From Octopus bimaculoides (lineage: Eukaryota), in assembly GCF_001194135.2 (NCBI RefSeq), contig NC_069005.1:32891573-32955572 (forward strand): DNA of 64,000 nucleotides, written 5' to 3'. The stretch's first letter is position 1, and each line of letters opens with the position of its first letter. The position numbers were made by a program, and so were the translations under genes. The notes under the pieces are model-generated. The model was not told the origin of the DNA and searched no databases. It saw only the letters and a program-made list of their open reading frames with translations. Shown here in pieces: positions 24,601 through 39,600 of the stretch.

Positions 24601-27600
24601 TTGGGGATAATAGACAGAGACATAGGGCTATCCGATAAAATGCTGTTAGAGGATCACATTGAGTATCAGTAGTCAGAGCACCAGAATAAGCGGCTTTTAG
24701 GTATTTGTTCTGGCACTTGGTATTCTGAATTCTGCCTTGGCCTATTTGAGGGGTAGACTTACCTGGTTTAACACCCTCCTTAGGTACCTTGGGTATTTTT
24801 AGTGAAGCCCATTCTGATGCAAGAAATCATGTCAGGTCTCAAGTTTGAGAACATCCTCTTCTTTCCTACAGTGCTGGACAAGGGAGCCTTGGAAAGTGGG
24901 GCTTAGACACTGCCTTCCCTCCTTATTACACATCTGCAGTATTTGGTTGTCATCAGGTCTCTTCCTCGTGGTGCTGGCACACCAAGATGTGTTAAAATCC
25001 CTATCAGCAACCCCATAAAATATACTTACTGTTTGTACAAACAACTAACTAGAGCAGACATTTACCGAAAACCAAAACCTGTTTATTTATCAGCTGTACC
25101 TTCAAATTTCTTGAAAATACGGATTTAGGTAAAACAAAATGTGAGTTATAGTTATCAACTAATTAGTTTTAGTTTACAAAACCAACCAATTCTAATTATG
25201 AAAGGTACGTTTTATAAACTGAACTGAAATCCCGAACACTACAAGAGTCTTTAATCTAAATAATAAAATTACTGAGATGTAATTTTAATAAATAAATTCA
25301 CAATAGACACGTCATCTTAGTTAAATATCCCCTTTCAGTTTGACAGCTGAAAAAAAAAAATACTGGGAAGATTTGGGTCATGTTAAAAGGTTAAACTAAC
25401 TGTTGCTTAAATTAGAATGGTGAACAAATAGATTTTTTTAAAAAGGATTTAAAATGAAAACACACATCGTAGACCCCATCTGAAGATCCAACTGATTGCT
25501 TAACCACATACACACACTAACCTCTAAACCCCCGCAGATGTGCAATCTCTCCCTGCTTTCTCACCAAGTGACAACAAAAGTTTTGACACCAAATAATGTC
25601 TAAGTGAAGCTGACAGCCTTATGCATGTATTTTTGAGTGACTCTCAGAAGTGCCTTCCATGTTGTTTTAGCTTCGACACATGCATCTCGGATCAAATCCC
25701 TTAAATGGCAAATACACCAAGATTTTTATGAAATCTCAAAAACCATCTCCCACAATCACTCACTACAGCTATGTCCTCCCCCATCTCCTCTCACATTCTT
25801 ATGGAACATCCCCTTTGTACTACTTATACTCCCTCCACCCACCCACTGTTCCTCGTAGATAGGCCCCAATACATCACCAACACCATCTATTTTCTCCCTC
25901 CTTCTCTTGTTTTGTCTGTCTGTATTTTCTCTCTCTCTCTCTCTCCTTTCTCTCATGGGGTCACCAAATACTCATTCTACAGTAAGACTCTGTAAGATCT
26001 CTGTCCCTCTATTCTACTTCAACTCTTCTCACAGCCACTTCTCTCAGTTCCATTCCCACTCTCAGATCAGAAGCTACTTGGTGACCCCATTGGTGCCATA
26101 TACAGAGCACTCAGTACACTTTGTAAAGCGATTGGCATCAGGAAGGACATCCAACCATAGAAACCATCTTTTTTTCTTTTTTTATGATGGTTTTGCCTGG
26201 TTGTAATTAAGCATTTTTTTCCCCCTCCCACACTGATCAAAAACAAAAAGAGAGTCTCATACCTTGGTGCATGTGGCTGGTACTGCCAAGAAGGTTTATA
26301 CTCAGGAATATGACACGTTAATACAGCCTCGGTAGCACTGGGCAGCTCAACAGGAGCATATTTGGTAGAACCAACAAAACGAGCCAACTTGGGCGGTTTG
26401 AACACACAGGACCAGTCCTGGAAGAAAAGAAAAGAAAAATGGAATGTTAGCACTATATTACATAGTAATTGTTTCAAATTTTGGCACAAGGCTAGCAAAT
26501 TAAGGGGAAGAGGAAGTTGATTGCATCAGCCCTGGTGAATAACTGGTACTGCTTTTGTCCACCCCAAAAGGATGGAAGGCAAAGTCAGCCAAGGTGGAAT
26601 AAACAGCAATAACTGTAAATGGCTGCATGTAAGATGGAGGGGGGATATACTGGATGAGTTCCTAAATGGTCAAAGCAACAACATTTATTTATAAAATATT
26701 CTTGAAGGTGACCAGTGTCGTTAATGGAAGGAGGCAGGGAGAATGGGAAGCTTTACACGAGAGAGACAGATCTTAACAAAATGATATCACAATAAATTTT
26801 TATTTATTTATGTGTTTCAGCCAAGTGGCTGCGGTCATGCTGGTGCACCACCATGGGAGAAAATAATTAAATGTGGGAGAAAATAATTAAAAAATGTCTC
26901 TAGGTTTAACAGGAAAGAAAAAAATAAACAAAGTAATTACATTAAGGAAATGCTTGTTAATGACTCCATTATAGCTGCACTTAACTGTTTCTATATGTAA
27001 GATCAATGCATGTTAAGACCTGCTTACTCCACAAAGTATGTGAAATTGTATGAATCAAGATTATTGGGAAAAAGATAAATGTAGCTTGGTTTTACAACTT
27101 TTAAAATTGTTCTCAACGTATTGAAACACAAACAATGGAGAGAGTCGTGTCCTTATAATCAATATTGGTATTAATATTAATTCAACCCCAAAGTCAAATG
27201 ATAGCTTTTTTTCTTTTTTCAACATCACACGAAGTCATCAAACTATCACCAAATGTCTGGCACCAAAAAGTAAGAAAAATGCAGAATGTTTAACAGACTG
27301 GGAAGAAGAAGACCTATAAATAACCCAGCTCCTCTCATTAAACTGGTGATGGTGTTAAACGACATTAATCACCCAACCAATCAGGTTGGGGAGTCATGTG
27401 ACAGAGTCAACATATCAATCATGTGAAGCTGCCATGAGAATAATGTTATAGATTTCCTTGTTCTGCTATTACATTCACACCAACAACTGACTCTGGTCTA
27501 TCCTAGTATATTATTGGTGTGGGCCTACATAGGCTATGCTCGGGCTCATATGATTCTCTCTCTCCAAACAACTATCATCAGTGACATTTTCAGAGGTTGA

Positions 27601-30600
27601 TTCTTTCAAAACCTACTTCGTGTTCAAACTTTCAACAAGGATCTTATATTTTTAAGAATCTGCTCCACTTCCACGGGACACAAGCTCAATATCAGATACG
27701 GGATGCAGGTATGTTTCCAACGCACCTCCAGATGTGACCCACATCCGTCAGCCAACAAGTTCTCGCATTAACAAATTGTGTCATGACCTACATCCATCAG
27801 TTCTTTCTCTTTTGTTAATTCAACACAAACTGTGTCAAATTGAACACAATCTCAGGTCTTCATCACAGTTTCCCCTTTCAAACTTCCTGTCTCAACAGCT
27901 TCCTTACCCACACTAACAAACAATCAAAACCTATTTATATCAACCCCTTTCAATCATATTTATTACTAACCCCAATATCTAAAACTGCTTTACACTTCAC
28001 CTTTTGATGCAACAACAAGAGAAATGGCAATATTTAAAATACACACAAACCAATAAATTGGAGGTAATCCTGACCAGAGGAGGAAGAACAATGAGTGTCT
28101 TTTGCGTACCTTACTAGAATCAGTGACTGCTATACTGTTGTCCACTTCAGCTATGACACAACTGTCAGGAATCGTTGTCTCAGGTGCTATGTCTGTAATG
28201 GTGCCAGGAGAAGATACAGGGTTCTCCAGGGATGGAGGAGTGGGGTACATTCTTGATAACTCTGATGGGGCTGCAAAGAGAGAAAATATTGGATTTAGAT
28301 TTTGGCACAAAGCTAGCAAGTTCATGGTAAAGGGTTGTTAAGTTGAATACATCGACTCGAGTGCTCAACTGACACTTATTTTATCGACTCCCTCAAAGGG
28401 TGAAAGGCAAAGTTGACCTTGGCAGAATTTGATCTCAGAACGTAATGACAGATGAAATGCTGCTAAGCATTTTGCCTGGCATGCAAATGGCTTTGCAAGT
28501 TCACTGCCTTTAAAGAGAGAAAATATTAATGCAAATATATTTCACTGCAATTTCAATTTCCCAAGACGCTAACAACTGACAAGACAGATGGAGCCCAGGA
28601 GATTGAAGGAAAACCAAGAGAACCATTTAGTTTGCACTAAATTTTCAGTGGAACTAAATTTGTACTAAATTTTCTGTGTAGAATTCACCAGAAAAGCCAT
28701 CATACTAACAACATTAAAAAAAAAGATAAAACAAACAAACACACTTTCCAATACAATCCTAATTTCTTACTTTGGCACACTGCCAAATCAATTTACAGGG
28801 GAAGAGATAGAATCAGTTCAATTGATTCCAGTATATGACTATTGGCATTTAGAGTGAAAGTCAACAGTGGCTGGATTTGTACTAAGAAGAATATAATGGA
28901 ATCTACCATTTTATTTAAGGTGCTCTTCTGTCTATAATCATGGCAACTGTTTTTGTGATACTTTCATTTTAGTAACATTAATACAAGAGAGAGAGAAAAA
29001 CAGAGACTAACAGGTAGGAATAAACAGGTGTAGTAAAAGGACCAGCAAAATGTACAGCAGGTACAATATTTAAGATAGGCAAATGAAGTGACTTTAACCC
29101 TTTAGCATTCGTGTTTTTTCTGTCAAAAGTAATTCTTATTTATTCACATTGTTTACAATTAATCATGCATTATCTTGTAGCTATGTGATTTTGATGAGGT
29201 TTGAGCATAAAACAGGCAGAATGCTTTGGTTGGATATATCCGGTTCAAATGCTGAAGGATTAAAGATTAAGAGGAAAGCATAGATAAAATTAGAACTATC
29301 ACCCTTACAATCTGGTGTCAACAGCAGAGGCTACATACATGCACACAGGAAATATATATACAATGACACAACTGATCTAAAATATAAGATGTTAATAAAA
29401 ACATACCTATGGTACCGTTGGGAATTATATTTGACCCCTTACTGCCTTTAAGGCTGTCATCAGTAGATTTTAGGTTGCTGGCTGAAGGATCCTGAAACTC
29501 AAAATAAAACAAGACTTATTTAGAGGTAAATGGAGAGGGAGGGAGGGGGGACTGAAACAGACATAAAATTATTAAATAAGGTGAAGGATCAGTTCATCAT
29601 TTCACTTTAATGCCCATGTTTGCAAGGGTCAGATGGAATTTGGTGACAAAGATTTTCTGCCGCTGGATGCTCTTCCTGTTGCCAATCCTCAACAGTTTCT
29701 AAGTAAAGGTAATATTTCCTCAGACCAGATAGACATGTTTTCATGAATGGTGAAGGGTACAAACATGTTATAGTGGACAACACTGCCTTACGATAGGTAT
29801 CAATGTATGAGGAAGGTGACAGTCAAATAGATAACTCCAGTTGAATACATGCTAACAGTTAGTGCAGCATTAAAGCCAGACTCCTCGAATGAGATAATTT
29901 ATCAATACTAACATACAATATATAATGCCACGTCAGATAACATGAAGGAGTTGAACTAACAAAGGAGCCTTTATGTGGACACACAGAAAGCAGAAATAGC
30001 AGCCAACTCTTAGATATAGCATCCACACTGGTGCTATGTCTAAAACACTTGCACTGGTGCATATAAAAAGCACCCAGTAGACTCTGTAAAGTGGTTGGTG
30101 TAAGGAAAAGCATCCAGCTGTAGCAACCATGCCAAAACAGACAATTGTAGTCCGGTGCAGCTTGCCATCTCCTGTCAAACTGCCCAAACCATGCAGCATA
30201 AAATGAACTTTAAATGGACTCGATTATTTCTCAAATAGGAAATAGTTAAAGATCTGAAATGGTTTTCTAGTTCAGGTAAAAACATATTTCAAAGAAAATC
30301 TTGATAAGTCTGGCTATAACTCACTACTTCATCTCCACTTTCTTCACTTTCAAAAATATGGTCCAGGTCCATGGGGGTCGGAAAGAGATCCTTCTCTGTG
30401 GTGAGGCTATTGGAAACTGGCAAGGAACAAGAAGATGTAGGCGGAGAACCAACGGCTGTTATACCTGAAAGGTAAAAAGATAGGGTTATAAGGGGGGGTC
30501 TTAGAGGGAACCTAACACAGCAACCAAATTACTTCTTGACTCATGTAAAAATATTTCCACCCCAGTGTGTGTGCAGTTTACTGTTCTGCTATGGGTAGAA

Positions 30601-30792
30601 TCATCAAAAAATATATTCCATCCAGTGAAAGATAAATATCATGTATTATACACAGTATTTAAATCTGCTAAATTATCATATTTCCATGGCAACTATTAGT
30701 ATAATATAAGCTACCGATAGTTTCCATGAAACTATTAGTAGCTTATAATTAAACAAGAGAGAGTGATTGTGTGTGTGTGTGTGCGTGCGTGC

Positions 30793-30823
<31 letters not shown>

Positions 30824-31319
30824 CACGCATACTACTCTAATCTATGTCAATATGTAAAAGTATGCACATGACGATGACACAAGACAATGAGAGTGTGTGT
30901 GCCCGTCCGTCCTAAGAACAGTTTAATAACTTTAAACTGAATAATTACTTAACAGTTTCTATAGAGTTATAGAGTACATGTTTATTAAACTTTTCCAAGA
31001 AGAGTGATAGTGGTTCCAAACTTTCTGCTAGCCATCCTTCATAAAACTGTGCAANNNNNNNNNNNNNNNNNNNNNNNNNNNNNNNNNNNNNNNNNNNNNN
31101 NNNNNNNNNNNNNNNNNNNNNNNNNNNNNNNNNNNNNNNNNNNNNNNNNNNNNNNNNNNNNNNNNNNNNNNNNNNNNNNNNNNNNNNNNNNNNNNNNNNN
31201 NNNNNNNNNNNNNNNNNNNNNNNNNNNNNNNNNNNNNNNNNNNNNNNNNNNNNNNNNNNNNNNNNNNNNNNNNNNNNNNNNNNNNNNNNNNNNNNNNNNN
31301 NNNNNNNNNNNNNNNNNNN

Positions 31320-31364
<45 letters not shown>

Positions 31365-31403
31365 TGTGTGTGTACGGAATGGATGGATGGGTGAATGGAT
31401 AGC

Positions 31404-31435
<32 letters not shown>

Positions 31436-34400
31436 TGGGAGGGAGGATATCTCTGATTCAGTCACTGACCAACAAATTAGTTTCAACAGACAGTACCAAT
31501 GGACCAGAATCTATAACAAACACAAACAACCAGGCTTACATTAATGAACAGTTCCTATTAAGACCAATCAATAGTGCTTTATGCAACAATAATAATAACT
31601 GGATGATTATTTTTATTATTACTACTACTACTACTAAGAAAGAATGTCTCAGAATAGGAGAGAAACAGACACAGAGAGGAATGGTAAAGATATTCACTGT
31701 ATCAAGTGATACAATCTGTATTTCGTAACACACCCACCCTCTCTAGGGGAGTTAATTCATTCGTTTTCTTGCATGATCTTATAACATCAAATGTGATGGT
31801 GACGACGGTGGTGGAGTACATTTATTGTATACAGTAAAATCACAACTGTCTTTCCGATGTCAAAAGAAAAACCAATAATATATCCTAAATCTATTATTAC
31901 TTCCCTTTACAGACAAGCATTAACAACAAAATGCACTTCACACAGACTGGGAAGCATAAAGAAATACGACTACTGTTTGTTTATAGGGCAGTGTTAAATC
32001 AGCCTGACAAGCTGACAGAGAGAAGAATAAACATCAACAGAAACCGTCAGTGGGGTTTGTTAGAAATAAATCAACTTACTGTTGCCATTGTGCCGTGATG
32101 AATCCTTTTCTTCTTCCTAAAATAGAAAACATGAGGCCATCACAATTCATTTATAAAGATTTCTGGTCAACATCAACTGTTGACATGGCATGTCATTTCA
32201 GCACTGGAGCAATCAAAAGTATTGGCCTATATATAATACTAATATTAGTACAACAACAACAACAACAATAGTTTCAAATTTTGGCACATGGCCAGCAATT
32301 TTAGGGAAGTGTCTTCCTCAAGGAGGCAACATGCTACCAGGTCCAAGAGTTGAACTTATGACCTTACAATTGTTAGTCCAATACCCTAACTGCTTTCTAA
32401 AACCTGATGAAAAGGAGAAGAATAACGTCATTCGACTGGTGCTTACCTTTAAAGGGGAAGAGCGAAACAGATCATCTCGACTTGTTCTAAAATTCCTTGC
32501 AGGCAGTGTTCCAAAAAGTGAAGATGATTCGTCAGTGAACTCATAAGGGTCATGAGCTGGCGGTTGTGGGGTGGGAGGCTTCAAGGGTTGCTTACTGGAG
32601 GATGAGTTTTGAGAATGTTGTGAAAAATGAGAGTTATGCTGTGGCTGTTGTTGTTGAAAATATTGGCTATCCTGTCGACAATCAAACTTTGTTCGCTTTA
32701 ATTGGCTGTCGAACCTACAAAATAACAAACATTGAAACAATCAGTTCTTCTTCAGTCAAATACGCAATTCATTAAGTGAGCTTTTCTCTGAGAATCAAAT
32801 TATTGAGCCATTATTATTTCTAAGAACATCTACAAAGCCTACAGCAACAAGATAATTTCTCATTACTATAAAGCAATTTAGTTTTATTCACAAGAAAAGT
32901 TAAAACTATTAATGAAAATCAGTGAAATTAATGCAATCAGGGAGAAATTCTATGACCAAGCAAAAATATTCAACAAAACTGAAGCCTTTTGAATCAGCAG
33001 TAACATTTGCACCGAGAGACAGGAAAGGAAGAAATAAAATAAAATAAAATAAAATACTTCTCCCACCACAATTAAGTAAAAAGAAAAATTAAACAAGAAG
33101 AGCAAAGAACCACTTTCCTTCCCAGTTGCATATATTTAGGTGTGCAATATTAATTAAGAATTTGAAATCAATAAAACTTCAAATATTTCATTTAGAAAAA
33201 CCCCTGGAGCAACACAACAGCAGAAGACTAGAGTTACAAATATCTCCGAGTGAAACCCATTATCTCTACTACAGTCTAGTGCTATATCCAAGCATTTACC
33301 AAACATAGCACCACATATTTGCTTTCAATACAACATTATTATTATTAATTACTATTAATATCATTATTATTATCATTATTGGCAATGGTTTATCACTGAA
33401 CAAGGTGTCTTTGACTTGGCCGTGTCAAATTATTACTGACAAATTAATCTTGGGAATTCACTCCAGGACTTCTTTTAACTTCGCTTAGGCCTTCACAAGG
33501 CAAAGATAGATTTTTCTTTTGTGCTGCTGCACTATAAAGCAGATATTGCTAGTGAAGTGTCGCAACTCTCGTAATAAGCAATAATTGTGTGTCTGCATTT
33601 GTGTAGAAGAGGAGGAGCAGGAGGAGTATTTGGAAATGTAGTGATCATGGTCCAAGACTAATGTGGAACGAGAAGGTGTGATATTAACGCGTTTTCATTG
33701 GGTTGTTGCAGTTTAGGAGTTGATGGATAGACTTGGAAACTAAGGAGAATCCTCAAGATGGATGGATATCTAAACAAAAGGAGTGGATGTCATAAATGTT
33801 TTAAACAAACTGTGAGAGAGAAGTGCAGGGAGCAGTTTGATGGGAGAAGGGGAAAACAGATAAAAGCAAATAGGCTCAGGTGGGTTGATATAGTTCACAA
33901 GTTCAGAGGGGAACAGAAAACAATGTAGTAGTGGGTGAAGAAGGCAAGGAGGAGACACAACCCAACCAGGTCTGGTCTAACAGAAATGTGGAGGAGTGTT
34001 GGTTATTGAAGCCATACCCATTCAGATTGACAGTTTTTTACTCGCCTTTGTGTGTTTGTGTGCCATACATGCACAATCTCAGGTATATAAATAATAATCT
34101 AAGAGGTGTTTATGGTTTTAACACCAGCAGCTGTTGAGGGTAATTTGGAGAGTGAAACCCAAGCTGCAAATTACAGATTTTAGCAGTGTGAAGAACATAT
34201 GTTACCGCTGAATAGAGACTGGTAAATGTAGCATAGAAAAGGAAAACTGTTGGCCATGTGTTGTTGTTTTGTGAGCCGAGGGTGTGCACTGTTGCGGGAT
34301 TATTGGCTGTGAATGTATAGTGTCTGTGTTGTTGTGATGCATGCGAAGCAATGAGATTAAAGTTTAAGTCCCTAATGAATGATTTCCAGGTATATAAGTA

Positions 34401-34806
34401 CATCGGGGATTTGTGGTCCTAGCATGGCAACAGGTGAAGGTAAAACCTCTGCTTGAAAAATGAAGCAAAGTGCATAATGTGTATGTGTGTATGCACATGC
34501 GTGCGCTTGCATCTTTCTCAGAGACATGCTATTTGGTGTGCCAACTAAAACTATTCTTTTACTTTTGTTATCTCATTTGTTTCAGTCATTTGACTGCGGC
34601 CATGCTGGAGCACCGCCTTTAGTCGAACAACTCAACCCCAGGGTCCTGAACATATCAAACCCTTCAGTGTCATCACAGACGAGTGAGGATTGTGCACAAT
34701 GGGTCACAGAGTTTGCCTCTGATGTATTTCTTACATTAAATATATATTGATTTGATGTGAATGTATAAAATATTAACAAGGCATACATTTACATTACACT
34801 CGCATA

Positions 34807-34849
<43 letters not shown>

Positions 34850-34946
34850 CTAACTATAAGACACATGCACGTGTGTTTCACTGCATCTTTTTAATATGTT
34901 TAATAACATGCATACATAGTTACAACACAATTTCTTTTTTTATTGT

Positions 34947-34978
<32 letters not shown>

Positions 34979-35426
34979 GGATGGGTCTGTTGTCTGTTGT
35001 AGACAGCCTGAGTATGAGGGAAAGTCCCTCCCTAAGGCACAGACCTGTTCAAGACAGTTTTTAATACAAAAACCATCTGTTGCGTTTGTATGTAAGTCAT
35101 CCATCTTTCATGGCACTGATGATGTTTTCCAAGAAAATGGCAACACTGGTTCTGCTTGGCACCAATGTTGCCACAAGTGCAGAGAATCAAAACAGATGCC
35201 ACAAGACATCTTTTCACTAAAACTCGAACAATCCCACCAATACAATTCCCTCAAATGGTGAGGGGGGGAGAGAGAGAGAGAAACAGACAGACAGACAGAT
35301 TTTACACAAGACTTGAAAATGAACATTTGGAAAAACTTTCCATGGATTCTCCATTTGAAGGTTCTGGACTGAATTCACACAATCACATGTACATCATGGA
35401 ACACACATAAACACACAATGTACTGG

Positions 35427-35461
<35 letters not shown>

Positions 35462-36571
35462 CTAATTCACATATCCATAAAACCCAACAGTTGTCTTGAC
35501 AATCCCTTGGGATTAGAACCAACCAGATCAGGCCTCTCACACCTACCCAACAGTGTCATTCTAAAAACAAACAATCACATCGTTGAAATGTCAAAGCCAC
35601 AAGATAATGCATGGTTAATTCTAAACAATGTGAATAAAGAAGCATTCCATTTGACAGAGTCATCTGAATGCTGAAGGGATGAAATAACAAAATAGCCTCA
35701 TCACTTCATTGGTGACCAGCTTCGATTCTATAAAGGAATAAAACTTAAGTCCCATAGATGCCCGCACGCACACACACAGAGTGCTCTGAATCCTAATGAC
35801 AACATGGGTGTGTAGCAGAAGAAACAAACAAAGTAAAAATCCAGTTTCCATAATTCCAATGTTACCACACATTGTTAATAATGAATTAGTTTGAAATGGA
35901 GACTGGTGAACTGTTTGAGATAAAGCCATAAACTGCTATGTTTTTAATCAATGATACAATCACAATAAAATGATTTAAATGCTCAACAACTGAATATCTC
36001 TTCACCAGCGTATTATTATTACTGGTATTATGATTATTATATTTTTTTTATTTATTGTTGTATTTATTTGCATTTAAAGCAGAACAGGATAACATTACAA
36101 GATTGTTGATTAAGTGAATATTTAACGAGGCAAACAAATACAACACTGGTTGGCGTTTGGTAAATTTCTTTACAGTTCACAATGATTCTGTCCATAAAAC
36201 TGCAAGTTAATTATGCTTTGCAAGTTTTATTGTGTGTATTAATTATTATTTATAAAAAGCATTGAAGACTTTCAAACAAATTCTTGGTTTTTATTTCTCC
36301 AAAGAAACCCTATACAATATTCCTGTCATTGTTCCTGCAAATTGGTAGAATTATTAAAGGCTGTGGATAAAACATCTTGTGGTATTTATTCTAATTCTAT
36401 AGCTTCTGAGTTCAAATCACACCTACATCAACTTTGTTACTCATTCATTCAAGATCAATAAAACAAAATACCAGTTGTATACTGTGGTTGAGACTTAATC
36501 AACTAATCCTCTCCCTACCACTACCCCACCACAATTTGTGGCCTTCTACCTGGTTATTGTCAACAGCAATA

Positions 36572-36615
<44 letters not shown>

Positions 36616-39600
36616 TGCAAATTTTGACAATAGGCTAGGAATTGAGGTGGGGACCACCCCCATCCCACAGCTCCTGACCCCAGTGCTCAACTGGTACCTT
36701 GGCAGGATTTGAGCTCAGAGCATACAGTTTTAAGTAATAACGGTTTAAGTAATATTGGTTTCATATTTTGGCACAAGGCCAGCAATTTCAGGGAGTGGGG
36801 AAAGTCGATTACATCAACCCCAGTGCTCAACTGGTACTCATTTTATCGATCCCGAAAGGCAAAAATCGACTTTGGCGGAATTTGAACTCAGAACATAAAG
36901 ACAACTGAAATGCCTCTTAGCCTTTTGTCCAGCTTGCTAATGATTCTGCCTGCTCACAAGTAATATTAACAGACATCAGTTGTAGCTAAAAGTTCCATAA
37001 AACATTGTATATCCTTCCTGTAAGACCAACTAAATTGTAACCAGGTGTTCGTCCACTGGACACTCCCCTCTCGTATTTCGCATGTATCAAACTCCAAACT
37101 TAGGTTTAAATATGAATAGACTGTTTTCTTTGTTCAATCTGTGATTAGTCTTTAAGCATTATAATTTATTCTAAAAAGCGGGGAGAAAAAAACCTGAAGT
37201 GCATCAGTTTGTTCTAAGTCTTTCGTCAACAATTAGAAATTGATCAGCCAGGTGGAGGAGCAGTAGATAAACCACTTTTGATTATTCTCAAGTGGCTTAT
37301 ATTCTGTAAACACCAATTTTGTCAGACTGTTTGAAAATAAACACTGAATCCTGTCCTCACCTCACTGTGACACACAATCCGTCAATTATAACGTTACAAT
37401 TAACAAATTGATTAATAATAATAATAATAACAGTAGGAATACTTTCAATAATTGTGTGTGATTATTTCCATCATCAATAACCAATAATAAGCAGTTTAAC
37501 CAAACAAACAGAAAAAAAAAACAGTTTTCATTTCAAAACAAATTTTCAAAAAATGCTTCTTTTTTTTAAATTTTCGGTGTGAAAACGATATTAAAAGCTG
37601 TGAGATTATCTTTTAAATGATATGGGTAGAATGTATTTGGTAAGCAATAAAACGAAGAGCCAACATAAATGTGTAAAAGCATTGTGTCATAAAGCCAGTT
37701 TGCCTGCACATGTCGTTAATTAACATGATAACTGTATCCGAAATCTCTTGTGTGTTGGGAACAGCTGGAGGGAGGGAGAGAGGAGGAGGAGGAGGCGGAG
37801 AAAGCAGGAGGTGTTTAGCTTACAAGAGCACATAATTTCAGTAAAGAGATAGCTATATTAAATATCCAAAAACCAATGCTATTTTCTGCTATCTATTCTA
37901 ATCAATATTGACTAACCACAACCTATGCCACTAAACAGGCGGCAGTCAGCAAGATCTGGAGACAAGAAAGCATTTCGTTTCACTTGCAGCTTTAAATATA
38001 GCATTCAAGTCACAATAATCCTTACAAATTAATTATGGACGGCGACATGGACGGCGACACACACACACACACACACACACGGAAAAAGAAAAAGAATGTC
38101 AAGATTTGGTGGTAGCAAGTAGGAAGAATTAGAGGCAATAATATTGTAAGAAACGTTATTTCTGCACTTTTGAAATAAACCTGTCTGTCTTTCATTTTAG
38201 CAGAAGGAAAGAAGAGAAGAGAAAAGAGAAACAGCATCAGTTAAAAACGTTTCCCCACTTCTGTCAACTGAGAAAGTGTGTGTGTGTGTGTGTGTGTATG
38301 TACGTGTACACACACAACACTCATTCATATATATACACACGTGTGTGGGAAGGGTGAGTGGGGGCTAAATTTTGCTAAATACACCATTAAACCTTAGAAA
38401 TATCAACTCACCCACTTACCTACCCCTTCCCCGCCATTCAGTAAAAAAAAAAGGTAAACTATAATAATCCTGACAATATGGTGTAATAAAGACTAGAAAC
38501 TGTACAGATGGATTCAACAAGGAAACCTAATCCATTTAAACCAAGGTTTTTTCCTTTCTTTCTTTAACCCATCCAACCCATTCTCCCTCACCACACACAC
38601 ACATAAGGTAAGGAATGTAATATAAACAGATTTTCTGACTGAATTCCTCTTCTGGTAAGTGATTAAAGTGATGTAGTACAAGAAATGTCTTAAAATGATT
38701 TACATTAAATATTATCAAGTACAGTAATGCCAGGTGATAAGATTAAGTGGGTGTTATGACTGAGTTAAGTCAGTCAGTGAACAACATCTGCTGCTGTTGT
38801 TGTTGTTGTTGTTGTCGTAGAGAGGAGGGGGGTCAGTAAAATTGATGCATTTGAAATTATTTGAGATATTAAACCATGTGATTTGGGGTATTTTGTTTTT
38901 TTTTTTTGCTTTTTGGGTTGGATGTTTCTTTTTGTTTTTTTTTCCCCCTGCCTGTGGTATTTTTTCCCCCTCCCCTGTACTCCTAACATATCCAGAAGAA
39001 GAAAAGGAAAAACTGCTTTTAAGTGCTACTTTAGCTAGCAAGAGACAGAGACAGAAAGAGAGAAGAATGGAATTATAGAAGAGAACGACAAAACAGCAGG
39101 ATGATAAGGGCTTTTAGTAAATCTTTTGATAACCATTTTATTGCTAAAACACTCTCCAGCTATCTTCCTTTCTTTCTTTCTTTCTTTCTTTCTTCTCTAT
39201 CCAGAAAGGAAAGAAAAATGTTCTATCCAGCCAAATGAATAAAATATGCTGTACATGGAAACAGTGGATAGAATTGGTTAGATTTACAGAACGACAAATA
39301 TATATACGTGTGTGTGTGTGTGTGTGTGTGGTGCAAAATGAGAGGACTGAGGAGATATCAGTGTGAAATAACTGTAGCTGTGTAAGCTGACAAGTTTGTA
39401 TTGAGGTAGTAAAAAGGTTAAATAAAGTCACCTTCAAAATATTTCAGAGCTGTTCTAAGCAGTGACAAACAAATATGTGGAGAAGAGAATAATACTGACA
39501 CACTCAGGTAAACAATGTATTTGAAGAGTCAGCTACTGAAAGAAATAAACCACTAAAATATCTGTTGAATAATTCAAGTGGTTATGTGTGAAACGAACAT

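Noticed and set aside
31470-31510. Possible extra MED13 exon ([14 protein letters not shown]) with good acceptor and gtcagt donor
   Set aside because: At 41 nt it breaks the w8-w9 frame unless another exon hides in the 31055-31319 gap; no homology support, so left out of the model.
33420-34430. Purine-skewed block that may be a decayed Penelope or LINE body (similar at 24830-25130, 25500-25900, 34980-35260)
   Set aside because: No diagnostic RT or endonuclease motif could be read; needs RepeatMasker or tBLASTx.
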